IMG/VR virus record: IMGVR_UViG_3300036045_000316
Span: 585 to 64,584 of that record
Source of the DNA: a virus
Taxonomy: Duplodnaviria > Caudoviricetes
DNA: 64,000 nucleotides
Strand: one strand, 5' to 3'
In this document: piece by piece, positions 1 to 9,409 of the stretch
Layout: each line of letters starts with the position of its first letter
Numbering within the stretch: position 1 is the stretch's first letter
The notes under the pieces: generated by a model
Told to the model about the DNA's origin: nothing
Seen by the model: the letters and a program-made list of their open reading frames with translations, nothing else
Databases searched by the model: none
Program-made: the position numbers and the translations under genes

Positions 1-102
1 CGTTGGGACAATCGCAAGATCAGCGACTATCAGCGGACTTTGGAAGCGATCAAAGGAACAGTAGGAAAGCGGCTGTTGTACCGTCCGCGAAAAAGTGAAT
101 AG
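1..102 (+). pseudogene. C-terminal tail of an IS1595-family transposase (partial)
   Basis: Frame 1 reads RWDNRKISDYQRTLEAIKGTVGKRLLYRPRKSE*, matching the typical IS1595/ISXO2 ending (R.N.R...D.ER...AIKG..GKRL.YR). Confidence 0.7.
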
Positions 103-161
103 TGGTAACATGAGAGGAGATACCCCTCTCTCTAGTACGGATAGGGTACGATGAGTAAAAA
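63..161. repeat. Direct repeat copy 1 (identical to 63902-64000)
   Basis: 99-nt exact match AGGAAAGCGGCTG...ATGAGTAAAAA at an offset of 63839. Confidence 0.95.
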
Positions 162-1191
162 AGCTCTAATTCCAAGCGTGACCGACACTGATGAACGACC
201 ACTCCCTCTCATTGTTGCGGAGAGGTGGGAGTTCCCGCTTCGTACAGGTGAAAATGATACACTGTTTTGTTTACGCGACTGGATTGTAGGCTTGACGGGA
301 TCAGCAGACCCCGCCAACCTTATCAGACAGATGCGAAACAAAGGCGTTATTTCAAATAACGCCCGTAAGATAAACGGCTTGGAATACCTCACTGACAAAC
401 AGCTATATAGCGTCACGCAGGATATACGTACCACAAAGGCACGTCCAGCCGTAGCTGCAATCAAAGAATTTCTCGGCAAGTCTGGCGCATTCGTCGATCA
501 GATTAGACGTGATCCTGTCGCACGTGCGGAGGTCAGCGCAAGCGGAGACCCCGATGCGCTTATCAACGTTGCAATAGATCGCTATCGAAAAGCTGGTCAT
601 GATGACCGTTGGATTCAAGCGCGTATTGAGGGAATTATCACGCGCAAGCAGTTCATAACTGCATTAGGTGCTGCTGTGCGGTTTGCTTCAAAGCATCTTT
701 ACCGCAATGGCACGGAGAAAATATATCAGGGATTATGGGATCGCACTACGGCACAACTGCGTGGTGACTTAGACCTGATAGCTGGTGACAATGTGCGTGA
801 TGAGTTCGGTGAATATGCTCTCATCTACACGCGCCTAGCTGAGAAGGTGGCAAGCGACAAACTAAGAGATGTGGAGACCGTGAAGGAAAAGGTCGCCATG
901 CAGATCGTGTTTGAAGCAGCTAGGCTAATTCATGCGCAAGCGCAAGCCACATCGGAAGCGCTAGGTATTGACTTGGTGACAGAAAGACCCCTGCTCTCCG
1001 AAATTATTGCGGCACGAAACAAGGGGAAGGATGAGCCAAAGAAGATAACGAACGAAAAGCCTGTTTCTCTAAATCCGGTGGGATTTGAGGATGCAGTTCG
1101 TGGCTTACTTGCTACCCCTCCGCCAAAGCTATTGGGGGCTGGTCAGCCGAAGGAAGGCAAGAATACGCGGAAAACGAAAACTAAACGCTAG
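151..1191 (+). CDS. BRO-family/DinD-like DNA-binding protein (IS passenger)
   Basis: WIQARIEGIITRKQF...IYQGLW...NVRD..ALIYTRLAE block typical of BRO/antirepressor C-terminal domains; ends in SLNPVGFEDAVRGLLATPP. Confidence 0.6.
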   Translation: MSKKALIPSVTDTDERPLPLIVAERWEFPLRTGENDTLFCLRDWIVGLTGSADPANLIRQMRNKGVISNNARKINGLEYLTDKQLYSVTQDIRTTKARPAVAAIKEFLGKSGAFVDQIRRDPVARAEVSASGDPDALINVAIDRYRKAGHDDRWIQARIEGIITRKQFITALGAAVRFASKHLYRNGTEKIYQGLWDRTTAQLRGDLDLIAGDNVRDEFGEYALIYTRLAEKVASDKLRDVETVKEKVAMQIVFEAARLIHAQAQATSEALGIDLVTERPLLSEIIAARNKGKDEPKKITNEKPVSLNPVGFEDAVRGLLATPPPKLLGAGQPKEGKNTRKTKTKR

Positions 1192-1510
1192 TTTAACGAG
1201 TCTTACGTTCATTGGTTTGTTAAACTATTGATTGCTTAGCTCTTTTGTGCTAAGCTCTTTCCCTAGAAAGCGAAACCCAGAGATGGGCGTCTCTGGGCTT
1301 CAAAAAGAACTTATAGGACTTCAAAAAACGACTCGTGCGAGTCTCCACAATGTTACCCCCCTTTGCGTGACGTTGTCAAGCTCTGTTATCCTCCTGTAAG
1401 TTCCGCCCTCCAAAGCATAGCTTACTCTTGTGCCATCACGAATAACCGCGATGGCTAGTCAATGATGTAAAACAACCCCATCATTGTCTCCGTAAACGGG
1501 AGGGATCGCT

Positions 1511-2257
1511 ATGTCGTGTACACTAACCAGTTTTGACTTCGATGGTCAACAGCTTAGTGCCGTTATTGATGAACAGGGTAACGCTTGGTTCATAGCGGCA
1601 ATCGTGTGCGAGATTCTCGGATATAACAACACATCCCAAGCCGTAACTAGCCACGTTCATCCGAAAGATAAGGGCTACGTTACGATTGAGCAGGGCGAAG
1701 TTATAGGGGGTATATCTGATCGATATACCCCCTCGCAGTCCCTCGTCATCAATGAGGCAGGTTTGTATAGGATAATCTTGAGAAGCGGTAAACCATACGC
1801 TGAGACATTCAGGGAATGGATAACTTCTGAGGTACTTCCAACTATCCATAGAAGCGGCTCATACTCTTTGCAGCAGACGCCGTCAACACCAGCAGAACTT
1901 ATCCTTGCACAAGCGCAGGTACTCGTTAGTCACGAGCGAAAACTCATTGAGCATGATAATAAGTTAGCCGATCATACTGAGCGATTGGCTGTAACAGATC
2001 AGCGGGTTAACTCCCTTGAAGCCCGTGCTAATGCGCGTGATAAGGGATCGGAATATTACACAGTCCTAGCATACAGTAATCTAAACGGACTATCATGTAC
2101 TAATGATCAGGCTTTGTTGCACGGTAGACGCGCTGCTGCGCTCTCACGAACACGTAACATCCCCATTGGTAAAGCACCTGATACGCGATACGGTCAGGTT
2201 AATTCATACCATGTAACGATCCTTGATGAAATATTCGGGAACAATCGAAAAAACTGA
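1511..2257 (+). CDS. BRO-N domain phage antirepressor
   Basis: FDFDGQQL..WFIAAIVCEILGY..INEAGLYRIILRS.KPYAETFREWITSEVLPTIHRSGSY is a canonical Bro-N; C-terminal D.RYG.VNSY motif. Confidence 0.9.
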   Translation: MSCTLTSFDFDGQQLSAVIDEQGNAWFIAAIVCEILGYNNTSQAVTSHVHPKDKGYVTIEQGEVIGGISDRYTPSQSLVINEAGLYRIILRSGKPYAETFREWITSEVLPTIHRSGSYSLQQTPSTPAELILAQAQVLVSHERKLIEHDNKLADHTERLAVTDQRVNSLEARANARDKGSEYYTVLAYSNLNGLSCTNDQALLHGRRAAALSRTRNIPIGKAPDTRYGQVNSYHVTILDEIFGNNRKN

Positions 2258-2269
2258 GTCGTAATCGGC

Positions 2270-2298
2270 AAAATAGAGGGCTTCACAGCCCTCTAAAA
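2270..2298. terminator. Intrinsic terminator-like hairpin
   Basis: TAGAGGGC-TTCACA-GCCCTCTA flanked by A tracts. Confidence 0.6.
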
Positions 2299-2368
2299 AA
2301 TGAGTTGGGTTTGTCAAGCCGATGATTCCGATTTCTAGGGTTCTAACCAAACTCGAACGATTGAGTTG

Positions 2369-2424
2369 TTGACAAGTGATAGCACTTGCTCTATAGTATA
2401 CATAAAAGCAAGTGCTATCGCTTG
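2369..2424 (+). promoter_or_regulatory. Sigma70 promoter with an 18-bp inverted-repeat operator
   Basis: TTGACA(2369)-17 nt-TATAGT(2392); CAAGTGATAGCACTTGCT (2373-2390) is inverted to AGCAAGTGCTATCGCTTG (2407-2424) with 1 mismatch. Confidence 0.8.
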
Positions 2425-2432
2425 AGGTAACG

Positions 2433-3287
2433 ATGAAAGCAACGACTAAGCAGATCAGCTACGCAAAAGCGCTCATCCAGCAGAAGATCGACAAGCGTGT
2501 GTATGCACAATATGCACTTGACGCTCTTAAAACTGCTGATGTCGCCAAGTTGGATCGGGAGCAGATGAGCAGCCTGATCGACGCGCTGAAGGCGGGCAGT
2601 CCGTCGTCGGAGACGCTCGGCAAGCTGCTGGGCATCACCATTAAAGCGCCTGTTTCCACGCAGACAATCAACCCATTTATGAGTTATATGCCTGCATCCG
2701 CTGTTGCTGCGCTCACGTTCGAGCAGAAAATTGAGCGCGAGGCAGCAGCGCAGCAGCTTGACTTGAACAATGCGAGACTCGCGTATCACAATTGGAAGCG
2801 CGATTTCGTCAGCAAACAGCGCCACGAAGCCAAAATGCGCGAAGAAGCGCATAAGCGCTACATCGCTAAGATGACGAAGTGGGCGAACGACATCGCCGAC
2901 ACGGACTGGCACGCGGCAGAGTACGTCTACAATCCCGCAGATGGTGCATATGCCCGCATCGAAGCGGCTATCGTTAAGCGGTTCAAAAAAGCGGAACACT
3001 TGATGGTGTGCAAAACCAAAACGGGGATCGTTTTCCGTTGGCACGATCCGCGTCAAATGAGCGAAGCACAGGAAAACTTCATTTTAGACATGATGGGACG
3101 CTTCGACATGACGCTCGGTTACGAGTCGCGCAAAGCAAAGTTGGAACGCTACTTTGAAGCAGCACAGTGGATCGACGTGTGGTTCATGTGGAAGCGCGGT
3201 GAGATTATCGAAGCTGCTTTTCGTGAAATCACGAAGTTGGACATCTATGTTTCCACCTTCGATGAGATGAGCGATCATAATTTATGA
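2433..3287 (+). CDS. Hypothetical phage protein
   Basis: ATG at 2433 after GAGG; N-terminal ATxKQIxY motif and a second SEAQ..FI.D repeat-like motif. Confidence 0.75.
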   Translation: MKATTKQISYAKALIQQKIDKRVYAQYALDALKTADVAKLDREQMSSLIDALKAGSPSSETLGKLLGITIKAPVSTQTINPFMSYMPASAVAALTFEQKIEREAAAQQLDLNNARLAYHNWKRDFVSKQRHEAKMREEAHKRYIAKMTKWANDIADTDWHAAEYVYNPADGAYARIEAAIVKRFKKAEHLMVCKTKTGIVFRWHDPRQMSEAQENFILDMMGRFDMTLGYESRKAKLERYFEAAQWIDVWFMWKRGEIIEAAFREITKLDIYVSTFDEMSDHNL

Positions 3288-3517
3288 ACACCATCACTCC
3301 ACGTCAAGCAAAGCAGCAATTCCCCCACTCGTTTCGCAACGAGCAGGTGTACGAAGTCGTCTCCAACGCGGTAGACGCGGGCGAGGCGGAACTCTACGTA
3401 GCGACGGATGGCATACTCATGTACGACGATCCTGTTTTTCACGAGAAAGTCGTGGCAGTGCGCGATCTGGGCTACAACTCTGAAATCGGATTGCATCTCA
3501 AATTCAAGGAGGACTAA
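3284..3517 (+). CDS. Hypothetical protein
   Basis: ATGA overlap with the upstream gene; acidic 77 aa. Confidence 0.7.
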   Translation: MNTITPRQAKQQFPHSFRNEQVYEVVSNAVDAGEAELYVATDGILMYDDPVFHEKVVAVRDLGYNSEIGLHLKFKED

Positions 3518-3518
3518 G

Positions 3519-4091
3519 ATGTTCGAGGATGGAGATAAGGTGGTACTTACCACCACGCTGTTCGGGTCGGATTGGGCGCTCTTGACGGGCAGTCGCGGTG
3601 TCATCGACACCTACAGCGACGGCGTGCGCGGCGCATGGTTCAATGATGGCTTCTACGTCGGCGGCGTCGCTGCCGATGGGCAAGGCTACGATCTGCTTGC
3701 TGTAGTCGAACACGTCAACACGCTCCCGCTGGACGTGTTGATCGACGGCGAAGAAATGCGACGCCAAGACATCGAGCGCCACGAGGTGGCAGTGGAACTC
3801 GCCAGCATCACGCACGATACCATCAGCGCCGCCCTGCGGCGTGACGATCTCGATGATGGCGATGAAGGCGTATTGCACCTGTTTCCGCATAGCGATACCA
3901 TTGACGCATTCATGTACAGCTATCGCGTTGTGCGTCACCGCAAGGAAGCGCGTAATCGGCTGCTCATGCGGGCGCAGATGGATCGGTTCGCACGCCTCGA
4001 AGGGACTTTCGAGGCGGAGCGCGACGAAGATCGATTGATCGCGTTCTATGAGAGTTACTTCGCTACCGACGTTGACAAGATGATGTTGTAG
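3519..4091 (+). CDS. Hypothetical acidic protein
   Basis: AAGGAGG RBS then ATG at 3519. Confidence 0.75.
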   Translation: MFEDGDKVVLTTTLFGSDWALLTGSRGVIDTYSDGVRGAWFNDGFYVGGVAADGQGYDLLAVVEHVNTLPLDVLIDGEEMRRQDIERHEVAVELASITHDTISAALRRDDLDDGDEGVLHLFPHSDTIDAFMYSYRVVRHRKEARNRLLMRAQMDRFARLEGTFEAERDEDRLIAFYESYFATDVDKMML

Positions 4092-4098
4092 GTGCAGC

Positions 4099-4470
4099 AT
4101 GAGACGAAGGAAGTTTTCTTTGCGAATTCCCGAACGCTTGCTTGATAAACTAGAAGCAGGCGCGAAGCAAATAGGAACGCAGTCCACCAACGAGTATATC
4201 GTCAACAAGTTGGCGGAGTCTGAGGGGATTGAATGTCCATCCCCTCAGTGGGGCGGGTTGCGCCAGCGGCTGGATCAAGTTTACATTTTCGCTGCGGGGG
4301 GACGCGCACAGGTGGCGAAAACGGCAAACGACGAAATAGTGTTCGCCTCCAACTGGCAGCAGTTGGAGGAGGCAGCGGTAGTTGAGGTGACGGCGCAAGG
4401 CGGCGATGTCTCCATGGGGGGCATCTACGCTTGTTCATCCGCATTAGCCAAGCAAGCGGAGTGGGTATGA
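4099..4470 (+). CDS. Arc-like ribbon-helix-helix regulator
   Basis: KFSLRIPERLLDKLEAGAK...STNEYIVNKL RHH pattern. Confidence 0.75.
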   Translation: MRRRKFSLRIPERLLDKLEAGAKQIGTQSTNEYIVNKLAESEGIECPSPQWGGLRQRLDQVYIFAAGGRAQVAKTANDEIVFASNWQQLEEAAVVEVTAQGGDVSMGGIYACSSALAKQAEWV

Positions 4471-4688
4471 ACCGCGATAAAACCCTCGACGCGCTGATTG
4501 ACGCCACCATCCGCGAGTTGCGGGACCGCGGACACGCCATACTCCCTACCGACGCGCAGATCGCTGATGCCATGTACACCGCCGCCGCGATGAACCTCAC
4601 GCTGGTGGCGAAAGCGGCAGCCGTCGGCGCGTCCAAGACCGACACCTTCGCCAAGTTCGTGCGCGGACTGCTGGCGAAGGCGAACTAG
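4467..4688 (+). CDS. Hypothetical protein
   Basis: ATGA overlap; high GC3 codon usage. Confidence 0.65.
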   Translation: MNRDKTLDALIDATIRELRDRGHAILPTDAQIADAMYTAAAMNLTLVAKAAAVGASKTDTFAKFVRGLLAKAN

Positions 4689-4742
4689 TCAATTTAAGGT
4701 TATCGGGGTTGCACATCGTTCACGCAAAAAAAGGAGGAAAAA

Positions 4743-4970
4743 ATGAGTGGAGAGATTATCTATTGGGATGGCGAGGGGTACTATGCTGCTCGCCAGCAGC
4801 CGGACGGTATAATAACCGTCAAAGTTGACGAGGACCAACCCGACGCGCACGCGCGTCGGTTGGGGCTAGGGACAGCCATTTGGATTAGTGAAGAAGAGCT
4901 AATCCAAAAGGAAGAAGACGGGATTGTCGTTGACCGCGACGACATCAGCGGGGGTTATCGCTGGCTGTAG
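4743..4970 (+). CDS. Small acidic hypothetical protein
   Basis: Strong AAGGAGG RBS. Confidence 0.75.
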   Translation: MSGEIIYWDGEGYYAARQQPDGIITVKVDEDQPDAHARRLGLGTAIWISEEELIQKEEDGIVVDRDDISGGYRWL

Positions 4971-4986
4971 CATAGCCAGCGGTATT

Positions 4987-5018
4987 ATAGAGCCGAGATC
5001 GGACGATCTCGGCTCTAT
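4987..5018 (+). terminator. Perfect 14-bp hairpin (terminator)
   Basis: ATAGAGCCGAGATC-GGAC-GATCTCGGCTCTAT. Confidence 0.65.
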
Positions 5019-5107
5019 TCTCCCTACCGCCTGCACACCGTCACCACCGCATCCGCCAGCGTAAAGGAGAAGATGGCGGCGATTTTGCCATCGGAGAGGA
5101 AGCATCA

Positions 5108-5611
5108 ATGACAATTCCAACACCACAGGAACAGCAAGCCATCGTCCACACCATCATGAGCGACGAGAGCGCGTTCCCAATCACACTGCCCATCCTTGAG
5201 GCGTGGGCGATCATCAGCGCCCTGCGGTTGGCGGCAGAACACCCCGCTAGGACCAAGGCGGGCGCGACCAATGCGCGACAGATAAAAGCCGCCTTCGAGG
5301 ACGCAATCACCAGCCGCCACCCCAAAGCGAAATACCTGTTCGAGCCGGGCAGGATGTCGCAGGCGCAGTTCGCGCGCAAGATGAAGCCAATCCTGAGCGA
5401 CGCGGAACCAGTGACCGTCAACATCACCATCCGCCAAGAGTGGATGATCCTCGCCAACATCCAACTCGCCGCACGGCATCCCGACATGAATGAGGCGAAC
5501 AAGGCGCGGCTCGTGCAGATCGCGGAGCAACTGGAGGCACATCTTCTGGAATCCCACCCGCAGGCACAAGCACTGATTGGCATGGGCTGGAATCCAGAGT
5601 TTGATCGGTAA
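5108..5611 (+). CDS. Hypothetical protein with an internal duplication
   Basis: EAWAIISALRLAAEHP and QEWMILANIQLAARHP repeats. Confidence 0.75.
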   Translation: MTIPTPQEQQAIVHTIMSDESAFPITLPILEAWAIISALRLAAEHPARTKAGATNARQIKAAFEDAITSRHPKAKYLFEPGRMSQAQFARKMKPILSDAEPVTVNITIRQEWMILANIQLAARHPDMNEANKARLVQIAEQLEAHLLESHPQAQALIGMGWNPEFDR

Positions 5612-5694
5612 GAGGCGGGGATCGCTGACCGCCCCTTCAACGGCGCGGTCAGCCGTGCGATAATTGAGGCAAGCAGCAGGAGGTAGGATTACCA

Positions 5695-6012
5695 ATGAGT
5701 GGTGAATTCGCGTGGTGGTATGGCGGCGGGTACTGTGACGATGCACTACAAAGAGTCGCTGAAGCGATGCGCGAGGAAGCAACGCAGGCGACTTCAATCC
5801 TTGCCGCCGACTTCGTTGAGCGTGTTGGCACTGGACTGCTGCACCTAATCGCTTACTCGGAAGCCAGCGACGCCATTATTGATGAGCGCAATATGCCGGA
5901 AGTGGAACAGGAACTTGATAAGCTCATTGCCGTCTTGCGCGAGATGAAACAACGGATACCTGAGCTAGTTAACCAAGGCAACGGCGCGGAATTGCTTAGG
6001 GATACTGATTAA
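5695..6012 (+). CDS. Hypothetical protein
   Basis: AGGAGGT RBS. Confidence 0.7.
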   Translation: MSGEFAWWYGGGYCDDALQRVAEAMREEATQATSILAADFVERVGTGLLHLIAYSEASDAIIDERNMPEVEQELDKLIAVLREMKQRIPELVNQGNGAELLRDTD

Positions 6013-6106
6013 AAGTGAGAATCGAGGCGCTTATGGATTTCGGACGCGGGATGCCGCCGCTGATTATCCGCGCCGATGGCTGCGTGCGGTGGTTCGAGGA
6101 GGGTGA

Positions 6107-6532
6107 ATGAACAATAAAGTCTATGCAGAGGATGTGAATTACTATCAGACCAGCACAACGGCGGCTGATACTTGGATCGATAAAGCTAAGAAAGAGATCG
6201 CCCGAATTGGAGGGCGCGTAAAGGCGTCTGCATTCGGTGAGGATGATAGTGGTCGGGCTGCGTTCATGATGCTTTTCCAGATCGGAGAAGACGCTTTTCG
6301 TATTTCATGGGCGGTATTGCCACAGCGCAAAGCAAACGAACGGGCGGCGAAGATTCAAGCGGCAACGATGCTGTACCATGACGTGAAGCACAAGGTCGTC
6401 ATGGCGAAAGTCAAAGGCGTTAAAACCGCTTTCATGGAGTATTGGCTGTTACCAGATGGACGCACTGCCGCTGAGGCGACTAATGTTGATCTGATGAAGG
6501 CGATGCCAATTTTACTTCCAGCGCCGAAATAG
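6107..6532 (+). CDS. Hypothetical phage protein
   Basis: GGAGG RBS; 141-aa ORF. Confidence 0.75.
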   Translation: MNNKVYAEDVNYYQTSTTAADTWIDKAKKEIARIGGRVKASAFGEDDSGRAAFMMLFQIGEDAFRISWAVLPQRKANERAAKIQAATMLYHDVKHKVVMAKVKGVKTAFMEYWLLPDGRTAAEATNVDLMKAMPILLPAPK

Positions 6533-6853
6533 ACGAGGGCATAAACTGATGAATGCGCTCACGGTACGGTTGATCGCCGCATTGGAGGGGTGAAGTGATG
6601 AACAAAGATGAAACTGCATTAGTGTATCTACAGCGGAAGATCGGCGGGGAGATGGGGACATTTCAGGGCTTCCCCGCGCTCGTCGATAAGGGCAACGCGG
6701 CGTTGCCCTCGACATTCCGAATGCACAATGTTCCGTCGGTCTTAGCGTTCCTGCCGACTGAGCAGTGGTTAAAGAAGGAAAACGCTCGTTCCAAGCAGAA
6801 TTTTGCTGTTTTCCACGACATGATTTCTGAAACAAGATTTTCTGTTGGTTCAT

Positions 6854-8084
6854 CTCTCGTCGGGCAAGGAGACCCCTAGCTTTAGCTATGGGGAGGAATT
6901 GCCCACTCTCCTTTCAATATCTTGAAACTTGTGATATACTGCCAGCATGAAACTGACAGCTAAGGTGAAGCTGATCACCACGCCTGAACAACATACACTC
7001 CTGCTGCAAACGATGGAGAGAGCGAACGCCGCCTGCAACTATATCAGTCAGCAGGCGTGGGAAACCAACACCTTCCGTCAGTTTGATTTGCACAAACTCA
7101 CCTACAAGACGGTTCGCGCTGCCTTCGGATTGGCGGCGCAGGTGGTGATCCGCTGTATCTCCAAAGTTGCCGACGCCTACAAACTGGATCGGCAGACCAA
7201 GCGGACGTTCAAGCCTCGCGGCGGCGTCGCTTACGATGATCGTGTGCTGAATTGGCGTTTGGTACAGCGGCAGGTATCGATCTGGACGCTGAACGGACGT
7301 GAGATGATGCCGTTCGCAGCGGGCGAACATCAACTCGAATTGCTGCGTACTCAACAAGGCGAAACCGATCTTGGCTATGTCGAGGGTGCGTTCTACCTGT
7401 TCGCCGTGTGCAACGTTGAGGAAGCCAAGCCGATTGATGTCGATGGTATTCTTGGCGTCGATCTTGGCGTTGTTAATCTCGCCACCGACAGCGACGGCAA
7501 GCTGCACTCTGGCAGCCACATCAAAAGCGGACGCATTCGCCACCTTCGGATGAGGAAGAAACTCCAGAAAAAGGGAACAAAAGCAGCCAAACGACTGCTT
7601 AAACGCTTGTCTGGCAAGGAAACGCGTTTCGCCAATGATGTCAATCACTGTATCAGCAAGCAGATTGTAAAGACTGCGAAAGGCACTCGGCGCGGTATTG
7701 CCCTCGAAAACCTCGAAGGCATCCGCCAGAGGATCACGGCTCGTCGCAGGCAGCGAACAATCCTGCATAGCTGGTCGTTTGACGATCTCCAACAGAAGAT
7801 TAGCTACAAGGCAAAGCGCGTCGGTGTTCCCGTGATCTTCGTTGATCCCCGTAACACTTCTCGCACCTGCCCAGCTTGTGGTTGCATCGATAAACATAAT
7901 CGCCCGAACCAATCTACCTTTGCCTGTATCGCTTGCGGTTTCGCTGCCCATGCCGATCAGGTTGCCGCGATCAACATCAAGTCGCGGGGCGTCAGTCAAT
8001 ACGCCGCACGTCTCGGATGCCAGACTAACCCTAGTCTGGTAGCGCCGGGGACAAGCCCCTAACTTTAGTTATGGGGTCGTTGAC
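6854..8084 (+). mobile_element. IS200/IS605-family (tnpB-only, IS1341-like) element
   Basis: Left-end hairpin CCCCTAGCTTTAGCTATGGGG (~6873-6893); right-end hairpin CCCCTAACTTTAGTTATGGGG followed by TCGTTGAC (to 8084); TTCAT immediately 5' of the element; no tnpA. Confidence 0.85.
6947..8062 (+). CDS. tnpB: RNA-guided endonuclease TnpB
   Basis: RuvC motifs GVDLG, IALENL and ADQVAAINI all intact; zinc ribbon CPACG...CIACG. Confidence 0.95.
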   Translation: MKLTAKVKLITTPEQHTLLLQTMERANAACNYISQQAWETNTFRQFDLHKLTYKTVRAAFGLAAQVVIRCISKVADAYKLDRQTKRTFKPRGGVAYDDRVLNWRLVQRQVSIWTLNGREMMPFAAGEHQLELLRTQQGETDLGYVEGAFYLFAVCNVEEAKPIDVDGILGVDLGVVNLATDSDGKLHSGSHIKSGRIRHLRMRKKLQKKGTKAAKRLLKRLSGKETRFANDVNHCISKQIVKTAKGTRRGIALENLEGIRQRITARRRQRTILHSWSFDDLQQKISYKAKRVGVPVIFVDPRNTSRTCPACGCIDKHNRPNQSTFACIACGFAAHADQVAAINIKSRGVSQYAARLGCQTNPSLVAPGTSP

Positions 8085-8539
8085 TTTTCACCAGAGGAAC
8101 GTGGGACGATCCTGACTCTCGCCAGTCGTTCCTGCACTTTCCAATGGCTTTCAAGGTGGACGATGGCGGGTTTGTCGGGGGCGAGTACATGATCCGCCGC
8201 GATGTGGTGAAGAAGCACAGCTGGGAGGGGTGAAAGGTTGGACGAACTGGACGCAATTCGAGCGCGATTGGCAGCAATGAGGCGGAATTGTCTTACCGTC
8301 TGCATGGCGAACTCGTGCCTAGTGGAGACTAGTGGGTAAGCGCTTGAAAAACCTGTGGTGTCTTGAGCAGGTTAAGCTACAACCCCGTGTCTTCCCTTTG
8401 CTCAAAGGGGATCATGTAGAGGTCGCCCGGCTGACCATCCTGCCGAAACCCAAGCCGTACTAAGACGACCTTGCTCTTTTCAGGTGGCGTGAATTATATA
8501 GCACCTGAGTCCCGTCCGGAAGCGGGTAAAGTGAAAATC

Positions 8540-8818
8540 ATGAACGATGACGCCGACTTTCACGCCGCGCTCAAAGCCACAGGATTACGTGGAAAGTGGG
8601 AAACTGATGGCGAGTCATTCTTCCTTCAAAACGTGTGGTGGCAATCATTTGATGTCTATGGCGATGATGAAATCGGGTGGAAGCTCTCCATCAGCGACCA
8701 CGATGTAGATATGGATGAGAATGGTCAGTCAATGTCAGCTACCGATATTCAGGACGATCTGTTTCCGACGTGGATCGACGCCGCAAAACGCGCTGAAGCC
8801 CTTTGCCGCTTCGACTGA
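8540..8818 (+). CDS. Small acidic hypothetical protein
   Basis: ORF track; D/E/W-rich; start uncertain (8531 or 8540). Confidence 0.6.
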   Translation: MNDDADFHAALKATGLRGKWETDGESFFLQNVWWQSFDVYGDDEIGWKLSISDHDVDMDENGQSMSATDIQDDLFPTWIDAAKRAEALCRFD

Positions 8819-8848
8819 GCAAAACAAAGACGGAGGTTGCACTAGCCT

Positions 8849-9265
8849 ATGCACAAGATCAAAGCAACTGGTCTTTCCAGTGCCTTTATCGTCCATGTTG
8901 ACGGCACGAAGGAACCGTTGGGGAGCAGACTTCAGAAAACTACAATGTTTCGCTTCGAGCCAGCCGAAGTATTGCCTGAAGAACCGATCTATACGTTCAT
9001 TTCGGAGCCGCTTTCATGGACATGGACTCTGTCCGCTGACCAACTTTTTAAGTTTCCCCAATTGGCTCAAGCCGGCTACTTGTTGGTCTTATCGCTGCCG
9101 CGCCGACAGGAATGGGCGGGATTGTCGAATTCAACGGTGCATCGGATCAGGCGATCATGGGCGCGGCGCGTGTACAAGTTGCTGCGCGATCATGGCATTC
9201 CCGCGACGCAGTATCATATTTACGTGGAATTTGAGGCGGTTGTGAACTTAGGAGCAGGCGAATGA
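8849..9265 (+). CDS. Hypothetical protein
   Basis: GGAGG RBS; overlaps the next start. Confidence 0.65.
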   Translation: MHKIKATGLSSAFIVHVDGTKEPLGSRLQKTTMFRFEPAEVLPEEPIYTFISEPLSWTWTLSADQLFKFPQLAQAGYLLVLSLPRRQEWAGLSNSTVHRIRRSWARRVYKLLRDHGIPATQYHIYVEFEAVVNLGAGE

Positions 9266-9409
9266 ACCCTACTGAGCTACAGGAGATTAAGGCGAAACTT
9301 GAAGCTATGGAAGCCTGTATGGAGTCGAGTGCATGGAGATTGTCGGAATACGAGCAATCGGCTGATGTCACGGAATATGTCTATGTTCGTCCCCACACTG
9401 GTCTTATAC

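Larger units (their letters stand above)
1..2329 (+). mobile_element. Right part of an IS1595-like element carrying passenger genes
   Basis: Transposase tail at 1-102, two passenger ORFs, lower GC than the phage core, and a candidate right end GTCAAGCCGATGATTCC at 2313-2329. Confidence 0.55.
6598..8233 (+). pseudogene. Phage gene interrupted by an IS200/IS605 element
   Basis: Removing 6854-8084 restores one frame: ...FSVGS-F-FTRGTWDDPDSRQSFLHFPMAFKVDDGGFVGGEYMIRRDVVKKHSWEG*. Confidence 0.7.

Noticed and set aside
6914-7999. 361-aa minus-strand ORF
   Set aside because: Antisense shadow of tnpB
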